DNA of 35,117 nucleotides from Candidatus Micrarchaeota archaeon. GTDB taxonomy: Archaea > Micrarchaeota > Micrarchaeia > Norongarragalinales > WALN01. The notes below the pieces were generated by a model that searched no databases, was not told the DNA's origin, and saw only the letters and a list, made by a program, of their open reading frames with translations. Made by a program: the position numbers and the translations under genes. Positions 21,401-27,267 of this stretch are shown here, in pieces. The stretch is from assembly GCA_015522865.1 (NCBI GenBank), contig WALN01000064.1, positions 1-35,117 on the forward strand, written 5' to 3'. The stretch's first letter is position 1; every line of letters starts with the position of its first letter.

Positions 21401-21847
21401 GACGCTAGCTACCTCATCCACCAACGCCCTTCTTTCTTTTGGGCTCATTTCAACTATTTTTTGAACTGCTCCCTGCATAATTACGTTGTTGGTTGATAGC
21501 CTATGAGCTGCGAGAAAATCATCAATAACATATTTTTTTACTCTTTTTCCGTCAAGGTAATAATTTTGATTCCCCTTTCTTTGGATTGTTCTTTCTATAA
21601 CATGTGATGGATTCTCGAAATAAAGGGTAACACTTGAAACCTTTGAATTTTTGAATGTTAAGTCAGAAGCTTTTTTGGCTCTTAGCTGCTTCATGCTACT
21701 TTCTCCAAAAGCAAAAAGGGTAGCATCCACTATATTAGATTTGCCGCTGCCATTAGGCCCAACTATGCTGTTAAACCCCTCCCTAAATACCAATTGCGCG
21801 TTTTTAAAAGACTTAAAATTGTGCAGTTTTAGCTTACTTATAAACAT
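18416..21847 (-). CDS. smc: Chromosome segregation protein SMC
   Basis: NFKSF, GPNGSGKSN Walker A, long coiled coils, hinge (VTLEGEIVEKSGVISGG), MSGGEKS signature, ILDEADAALD. Confidence 0.97.
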   Translation of the reverse strand: MFISKLKLHNFKSFKNAQLVFREGFNSIVGPNGSGKSNIVDATLFAFGESSMKQLRAKKASDLTFKNSKVSSVTLYFENPSHVIERTIQRKGNQNYYLDGKRVKKYVIDDFLAAHRLSTNNVIMQGAVQKIVEMSPKERRALVDEVASVAEYEQKKKEAYEKLKEVEDKLNSASAILSERKGYLEELEREKENAESYLKLQEQLKKVKGSLIYGDLKNTEDKLKSAEKKMEGFSESSSKLKEEISKLEENIKQKQKQKDEINKIISEKGQNREIELQKEIDTLSSKMSEGQTMIKHDKEEIEEAETKQREEGIELKNIEEESRALEKQKKEKEEELHSVQEILKNKRNELKEITEASEKFSSKYFESKKRIEVLNEEMIKTKEALAEIQGEISKLDEVKRVKRDEIERLRIGRVEDYSIQKKAIENKMKDLKGNYEKLERGIEEDNKKIEEINGRIGILEDLILNVREEIMNLNARVKAYGEKGSEKINLYKQIGQLKGINGPLYNLCSYSQKYELAVEAALGKRLDYFIAERFDDGIRAVEFLKKKGGQASFIPLDKLYYINARDKKLLREKGAIDYVVDILKFDKKFSKAFEYACANTLIVENINEAKKFANKVRIVTLEGEIVEKSGVISGGRKTVIFDPLRAEKKMEELKAKIEKYKEEKQKLIIEVAELNKGIREKRKEKAKIEIESKSKELELEHLNKKELEDEEKKYNLKQAIGKAMEEVKELEENIQKMDEKRNELVRRISKINVELVDARQYVDVEKEKTLGMQIKEKEKNLSELKIKIVELESEIKSLGNSYEMRIKQIKNLKKNLEESMKKIEAKSKEIKEHKERIKELSKELGEKKKEQENISSRLQSLFKQREEIDAQITKIGNEKGKKEFEKEKIERELHKLETEKASLESSLAIFKAEFEEFESIEIINEKKEKLFVERKELEGKIADLGEVNLRSIEAFKEKKKQYEAQIEQVQQLEREKEAVIGLINEIETKKTNTFMKTFDVLNLNFKKLFKHIFTGEGSLVLENPEQPFEGGLTMEIKLERKPIKYLELMSGGEKSLVALLFILAIQMYNPSSIYILDEADAALDPENSRKLALLLKKLASNKSQIIVISHNLDVYRKADTLIGVAMTKAGSQLVHVKLEQQGK

Positions 21848-21963
21848 ATGGAGGTATAAGGAAAGATAATTTATTATACATTTTCCTTTACTATTTCAGT
21901 GGTAGCGACCTCCCCCCCACATTTTGTTTTTAAACAAGCGGTGCCGACTTAATTGGTGATAGC

Positions 21964-22080
21964 ATGAAAATAGACGTAAGTACGCTTTCGTATCGCGAAG
22001 CAGCCGGCTTGATAAAAAACACAAAGAGAGAAATTACCGGTTTTTCAAAAGTAAATAATACTGTTTTTTTATTTTTTTGA
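21964..22080 (+). CDS. Possible 38-aa small protein
   Basis: MKIDVSTLSYREAAGLIKNTKREITGFSKVNNTVFLFF*; GGTGA SD at 21955-21959; divergent from smc; below the ORF-track cutoff. Confidence 0.4.
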   Translation: MKIDVSTLSYREAAGLIKNTKREITGFSKVNNTVFLFF

Positions 22081-22091
22081 TTTCTATTTTT

Positions 22092-22649
22092 TTATATACT
22101 CTTTGTGGGTGGTTGCTGCTCTTCTCTCAGAATTATACTGATAAATTTCCATATAGATGTTGCAAGCGGAGTATTTGAAACAACACCATAAATTTTATTT
22201 TTGCTTTTAATCTGCCCTGCAAGCCCCTTTATTCCTATTGGTGCTTCTGATACTATTTTGATAAGCAAAAATGGTTTTCTGCATAAAATGATCAACGAGT
22301 TTTTGTCCGAGAAGAGTATATAGTATTTTATCTTTTTAGTTACAAGCACATGAAGAACCCTGGCGCGGATTACTTCTAATGAAAGCTCAGTATCTATTTT
22401 ATTTTTGGCTTTTTTCGAGAGCGAGTTTTTTACATAGAATAAACATAGCCAGTAAACCACCATATAAACGAAAAGAGGGATAAAAATTGCTACTAGTAGT
22501 AGTGCTACCTTTCCATAAAGTCCAAATTTATTTGCAAGCTCAACATACATGAAGGCGGAAAAAAATGCAACGATTAATATAACTATTGCTTTGCCTTCAA
22601 AACTTTTCAATTTTAGAAGCAATTTTGAAATTAACTCCGCTGCTTTCAT
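22092..22649 (-). CDS. Hypothetical membrane protein
   Basis: Two TM helices then a basic soluble region; start moved to ATG 22649 (GTGGT SD-like site upstream). Confidence 0.6.
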   Translation of the reverse strand: MKAAELISKLLLKLKSFEGKAIVILIVAFFSAFMYVELANKFGLYGKVALLLVAIFIPLFVYMVVYWLCLFYVKNSLSKKAKNKIDTELSLEVIRARVLHVLVTKKIKYYILFSDKNSLIILCRKPFLLIKIVSEAPIGIKGLAGQIKSKNKIYGVVSNTPLATSIWKFISIILREEQQPPTKSI

Positions 22650-22738
22650 ATTATTACCACTTAAAACATTAATAAAAACATAACTATTAGCTGAAACAAT
22701 GGGTAGGAATAAAAAATTATTCTTCATGTTTTATTTAT

Positions 22739-23131
22739 AGTCCCGTAGTCTAGTGGCCAAGGATGACAGGCTTTGGACGAAGCTCTCTTTTTCTTGTAAG
22801 AAAAAGAGACCTTCAGGAGAGAAAAAGAACGGGTTGTAGAAGACCTTCAGGAGAGAAAAAGAACAAAAATGAAAGAAGAACTTCTTGATGCAGCTTCTTT
22901 CTAAGAAGCTGCTTTGGAACATCTTAGTACTTTCTTTCTTCTTAAGAAAGAAAGGACCAGCACCTCTCTTAAAAAGAGAGCTGCACCAGAGAACTTCTTG
23001 ATGCAACTTCTTTCTAAGAAGTTGCTAGGAGAGAAAAAGAACAAAAATGAAAGAAGAACTTCTTGATGCAACTTCTTTCTAAGAAGTTGCGGAGAAACCT
23101 GTAGACGCCGGTTCGAATCCGGTCGGGACTA
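22739..23131 (+). tRNA. tRNA-Gln(TTG) with a 320-nt intron at 37/38 (22777-23096)
   Basis: Acceptor AGTCCCG/CGGGACT; anticodon stem ACAGG/CCTGT; TTG at 22773-22775; T arm GCCGG-TTCGAAT-CCGGT; CTTT (32-35) can pair with GGAG (23091-23094), giving GG^A and AA^A bulges. Confidence 0.92.
22777..23096 (+). repeat. Modular hairpin/direct-repeat array forming the tRNA-Gln intron
   Basis: 24-nt direct repeat 22807-22830/22841-22864; 64-nt repeat 22849-22912/23027-23090 (62/64); extra 36-nt copy 22990-23025; hairpins at 22784-22809, 22890-22912, 22930-22954, 22964-22980, 23003-23025, 23068-23090. Confidence 0.93.
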
Positions 23132-23170
23132 TTTAAAGAATAATGGTGAAATAATATAGGTGAGATTGAA

Positions 23171-23359
23171 TTGGGCAGAGTAAAAGGAGTTATGATTAGA
23201 AAAACGGCTGAGGTCTTACTTAAGAAATTGGAGTTTTCTTCTGATTTCGATTACAACAAGAAGAAACTTAAAGAAGTACCCGGCCTTAATAGTAAACTAT
23301 TCAGAAATAAGATAGCTGGCTATATAAGCAAAAAACTGCATAATGAATCAAATGTTTAA
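23171..23359 (+). CDS. rps17e: 30S ribosomal protein eS17 (S17e)
   Basis: MGRVK...FSSDFDYNKK...SKLFRNKIAGYI; TTG start after AGGTGA SD. Confidence 0.93.
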   Translation: MGRVKGVMIRKTAEVLLKKLEFSSDFDYNKKKLKEVPGLNSKLFRNKIAGYISKKLHNESNV

Positions 23360-24837
23360 TACTGCCTGGCTACGTAGACTTTATATCTAGCTGGCTTTCC
23401 GCATATTATGCATTTTTCATTAGTTTTTTCTATTTTTGTTAAATTAGTTGAACTCGTGTTTGTGTCTGCAATTATTCCCCTTACTTTTGCTCTAGTTTTT
23501 TCCTGCAGCTCAGCAGCGCATTTTTCTCCCTCTTTTTCAATAGAGCAAAACGGCACTTTTGCTATGCCTTTGTTATCCAATATTTTTTCAACTTCTTCCA
23601 AGCTATGCGCTTCAATTATGTGCTCTGAAAAATATTTTTCTGCCCTTTTTTTCAACCTCAGGTCAAAAGAATTTAGTTCTCTTTTTATTGCTCCCACTAT
23701 CTCCTCTTCCTTTACTCTTATTTTCTCCTTGTTGTCTCTAAAGACTACGGTCATTTCCTTTTGCGCTACCTCTTTTTCTCCTATTTCTATTCTTATCGGC
23801 ACTCCCAGCATTTCCCATTTGTTGAATTTGAATCCGGGGGTTTTTTCTGAGCTGTCCACCTTAGCGGATATACTTTCCTTCTCCAGTAATTTTTCTGTTT
23901 TGGCGCATCTGCTTAAAACTTCTTTTTTGTTTTTTTCTTTAAAAATAGGTATAATTATTACTTTTAGTGATGCGACAGAAGAAGGTAAAATTAACCCCTT
24001 TTTATCTCCGTGAATACTCACTATTGCTGCAAGTATCCTCCATACGCCCGGCCCAAAACAGGTCTGATAGACATATTTTGCCTCTCCCTTTTTGCTTCTA
24101 TATTTTATATTGAACGGTTTTGAGAAGTTTTGGCCAAGCAGATGCGTGGTTGCAATTTGCAACACTTTTCCATCCGGCATCAGAATATCGTATGCAAATG
24201 TTTTCTCAGCGCCCGGGAAGGTGTCCCAATAGGGTCTTTGAAAAACTAAGAACGGAATTTGCAATTTATTTTTAAAAATTTTTTCAGTGATTTCCATATC
24301 TTTTTTAACTTGTTTGACCGCCTCCTCGCTGCTTGCAAAAACATCATGAGTCTCTATCCACAAAAACTCTTTGCCTCTTAAAAATGGTGCAGGTTCTTTC
24401 TCGTTTCGGAATACAGAGCAGGACTGAAAGAATTTGAAAGGCAGTTGAGACTCTTCTCTGAGCCAGAGCGAATACATTTTATAAAACGCAGTTTCGCTTG
24501 TTGGTCTCAGAAAAAGCTTTCTTTCCAATTTTTCACTGCCGGCTTCTGTAATCCAAAATACCTCCGGGATAAAACCTTCCAGATGTTCTTTTTCTTTTTC
24601 TAAATTCTCCTCTGGTATAACCGTGGGAAATAGAACTTGCTCATGAGCATCTTTTTTTAGCTCGCTCTCAAAAAATGCATATATTTTATTTAGGATGAAC
24701 ATCGCTCTTGGCTTGTGGACTATAAACCCTTTCACATTATATCTGTTGTCTGCCAAATCTGCCGCATAAATTATAGTGTTGTACCACTCTGAAAAATTTT
24801 TCTCTTTATCAATATCAAACTCTCTTTTTTCCATCAT
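23356..24837 (-). CDS. proS: Proline--tRNA ligase (archaeal/eukaryotic type)
   Basis: FSEWY, LRPTSET, HLLGQNFSKPF, GVPIRIEIG, C-terminal CIICGKPA...ARQY. Confidence 0.96.
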   Translation of the reverse strand: MMEKREFDIDKEKNFSEWYNTIIYAADLADNRYNVKGFIVHKPRAMFILNKIYAFFESELKKDAHEQVLFPTVIPEENLEKEKEHLEGFIPEVFWITEAGSEKLERKLFLRPTSETAFYKMYSLWLREESQLPFKFFQSCSVFRNEKEPAPFLRGKEFLWIETHDVFASSEEAVKQVKKDMEITEKIFKNKLQIPFLVFQRPYWDTFPGAEKTFAYDILMPDGKVLQIATTHLLGQNFSKPFNIKYRSKKGEAKYVYQTCFGPGVWRILAAIVSIHGDKKGLILPSSVASLKVIIIPIFKEKNKKEVLSRCAKTEKLLEKESISAKVDSSEKTPGFKFNKWEMLGVPIRIEIGEKEVAQKEMTVVFRDNKEKIRVKEEEIVGAIKRELNSFDLRLKKRAEKYFSEHIIEAHSLEEVEKILDNKGIAKVPFCSIEKEGEKCAAELQEKTRAKVRGIIADTNTSSTNLTKIEKTNEKCIICGKPARYKVYVARQY

Positions 24838-24924
24838 GCATTAATATATGCTCCAATATTTAAAAAACTAGAGATGCCCTACTCTCTGCGAAATCTATAA
24901 ATTTGGCAAAGAACATAGACATTT

Positions 24925-25860
24925 ATGAAACTATTTGGGAAGAGGCGCGTAGAGCTAGAACAATTGAAAGGCCGAAGAACGCCGCAAAATATCGCGCTTA
25001 GAGCAGTGATGAGGAAATCTCCCGAAGTTGCAAAGAGATTTTTAGATGCGCTCAGTGAAAGCCAATATAAAAAATTTGAAAAACTTGGAACGCGCTATGT
25101 GAGATTTTTGGTCTACAAAAAAAGAGAGATTCCCCCAGAAGCGCTTAAAAATGTGCTTTACGGGAGGGAACTCTCAGATGAAGAGAAAGAAAGAATAAAG
25201 AAAGGATATGAATGGTATCTTACACATTTTACAAACAAATCCCCAGAAATTAGAAAAAGATTAGTCGAGGAGGCTATGGAACACACCAGATATTTTAGCG
25301 CCGCAGAGCCTTTTTTCTTCGGTCCTCATTCAGTTCCAAATATTCGACACAAAAAACTGGAAATTGAAAGGATAAAGAAATGGGGGTTATACCCCGACTA
25401 TGGCATGGTGCGGCGCAATATGTTTTATCAAACGGACGTTATATCTTTACACAAAATCCCATTCGAAGCCATTTCAGCTCATGAATTCTATCATTTTAGA
25501 GCCATGGGTCAAAATCTTAATTCTGAGATTACTGCCAACGCCATCACTACTTTTTTAGCGAGGAGAAGGCTGTTTTCTCCTTCGCTCAAAACAAAACTAA
25601 TTATAACTTTAAATCGCCTAAAAATTTTGAAAAATATTCCGTATAGCGCGCATAATGCTTTCCTCTATTTAGTAGGCCAAAAAGTGGGATATATAGCTCA
25701 AAAATTTGAAAGAAAAAAAGAGGGCCGGGGAGTAGCATTTATGAGATTTCTTGATAGAAAAATGAGAGAAAAGTTCAAAAGTGAAAAGGAAATTACGCCC
25801 GCAATTTTCGACAGTTTTCTAAAAAGCTCTCTAAGAGGATTTAAAAATACTGGCTCCTAA
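24925..25860 (+). CDS. Basic hypothetical protein with HExxH zinc-metallopeptidase-like motif
   Basis: 311 aa ORF; AHEFYH followed by SEITANA. Confidence 0.65.
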   Translation: MKLFGKRRVELEQLKGRRTPQNIALRAVMRKSPEVAKRFLDALSESQYKKFEKLGTRYVRFLVYKKREIPPEALKNVLYGRELSDEEKERIKKGYEWYLTHFTNKSPEIRKRLVEEAMEHTRYFSAAEPFFFGPHSVPNIRHKKLEIERIKKWGLYPDYGMVRRNMFYQTDVISLHKIPFEAISAHEFYHFRAMGQNLNSEITANAITTFLARRRLFSPSLKTKLIITLNRLKILKNIPYSAHNAFLYLVGQKVGYIAQKFERKKEGRGVAFMRFLDRKMREKFKSEKEITPAIFDSFLKSSLRGFKNTGS

Positions 25861-25888
25861 TCGTTATGTTTGCTGTCGGTGTAGTTAT

Positions 25889-26103
25889 ATGAAAGTAGTG
25901 ATTATTGGAGCCAGTCCGGCACTCTTCTTTATGCCCCCGAGATCAAATTCCACGCAATAGAAGTATCGGTAAATGCTGACATGCAGACGCCTGTGAAGGG
26001 ACTCTATGCAATAGGAGATGGGGCAAGAGTTTCTCGCGGTATTGTTACTGCCGCAGCAAGCGGCTTGTTAGCTGCCCAGTCCATTAACTCCGAAAAATAT
26101 TAA
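25889..26103 (+). pseudogene. Collapsed NAD(P)/FAD-dependent oxidoreductase (COG2509-like): N-terminus fused out of frame to C-terminus
   Basis: ATG 25889 reads MKVVIIGASPA (start of a Rossmann motif); another frame, 25921-26103, reads TLLYAPEIKFHAIEVSVNADMQTPVKGLYAIGDGARVSRGIVTAAASGLLAAQSINSEKY*. Confidence 0.82.
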
Positions 26104-26133
26104 TAAGTAATTTACCATTATATTACTGATACC

Positions 26134-26991
26134 ATGTTTAGACCTCAAGAGCACATAAAATTGGTAAAATCAGAAATGAGAGCTAATGAACAGTTGCGCA
26201 ATATTCTTAAGAAGCATAAAGAAGACTTAGTTTTGGGGCGATTTAATATAGAGAGCGCTTATCCCAAAGCTAACCTGCCCGAAAGAAAAAGTTTGGCAGG
26301 TAGGCTTAAGTACAATTTTGTGGTTCACCTGAGGAAATTGAGGAATCGAGACCTGAGAGAGCTATTTGAAAAAGTTGGAGACCTGAAAAAAATGAACAAA
26401 ATTGCAAGAAAAAAATTAGTGCCTTTAATTAAAAAAGAAGGAAAGGAATATCTCCGGTCCAGGAAGGAAAAAATCAAGACTCAAAACTTCAAGCAAGCTT
26501 TAGACGAGATAGAAAATATTAAAAAAGAAAATAAGAAGGCGGTTGAAGATAAAATAAAAGAGTTGGAGGAGCGCAATAAATATTTAAACCAATATCTATC
26601 TCATCTAACCTCTATTTCTATTACTTCCTCTGGCGGAGCTTCTTTTGAAGATGTTTTAGGCAATCTAAAAAATAAGAATAAACAATTACTTCGTGAATTA
26701 GAGAAACATAAGAGCAAGGTAGATTCTCTTAAAGAGGCGCTTAATGCGGCCGAAGCGGATGCGCGCTCTGCAAAGAAAGAAAGGGAAAAGTTGTTAAAAG
26801 AAAGAGAGAAGCTAAATAAACAAATATTGCAGCATCAAAAAAGGGTAGAGGAGCTTGCTCACCAACTCAACGTCTTGTTGAAGCTGGCCCCCCAGAAAGA
26901 GCTTAAAAAAAGAATAATTAACAAAGAGCTGCTACCACTGCTTAAAAATATAGAGAAGGCGAAGGCAAAACCGCCGAAACGCAAAAAATAA
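26134..26991 (+). CDS. Basic coiled-coil hypothetical protein
   Basis: 285 aa, K/E/L-rich heptads, central S/G linker, basic tail KPPKRKK. Confidence 0.7.
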   Translation: MFRPQEHIKLVKSEMRANEQLRNILKKHKEDLVLGRFNIESAYPKANLPERKSLAGRLKYNFVVHLRKLRNRDLRELFEKVGDLKKMNKIARKKLVPLIKKEGKEYLRSRKEKIKTQNFKQALDEIENIKKENKKAVEDKIKELEERNKYLNQYLSHLTSISITSSGGASFEDVLGNLKNKNKQLLRELEKHKSKVDSLKEALNAAEADARSAKKEREKLLKEREKLNKQILQHQKRVEELAHQLNVLLKLAPQKELKKRIINKELLPLLKNIEKAKAKPPKRKK

Positions 26992-27267
26992 CTACTTCAT
27001 ATATACCGGCATACATTCCTCTGCTTGGCATTTACAGCCTGCGATGTTATATTCTTTTCTACAATCTGTGTTGCACGTTTTATTCTCAACATCTTCTGGT
27101 CTCTGTCCTTTGGTGTAGCATTTACAGTCGCATAAGCTCAAAGAACAATTTTTGAAAGAAGTGCATTTGTTGGCATTTGTTTTGCCAGCGGGATATTCTA
27201 TAATTATTGCAATAATTGATATTAGTACTATCACTCCTATAATTATACCTATCAAATATTTTTTCAT
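26992..27267 (-). CDS. Small membrane-anchored/secreted cysteine-rich protein
   Basis: MKK plus hydrophobic helix, then 10 Cys in about 55 aa; GTGA/ATGA-type 4-nt overlap with the ileS stop. Confidence 0.75.
   Translation of the reverse strand: MKKYLIGIIIGVIVLISIIAIIIEYPAGKTNANKCTSFKNCSLSLCDCKCYTKGQRPEDVENKTCNTDCRKEYNIAGCKCQAEECMPVYMK

Noticed and set aside
22731..23006. 91-aa ORF on the minus strand
   Set aside because: Antisense to tRNA-Gln; low-complexity translation of the hairpin repeats; no endonuclease motif
22881..23070. Box C/D guide RNA in the intron (TTGATG three times)
   Set aside because: No RTGATGA box C and no CTGA box D in the intron
22777..23096. CRISPR array interpretation of the repeats
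   Set aside because: Repeats are nested and of unequal length, there are no regular unique spacers, no cas genes, and the array lies within a tRNA
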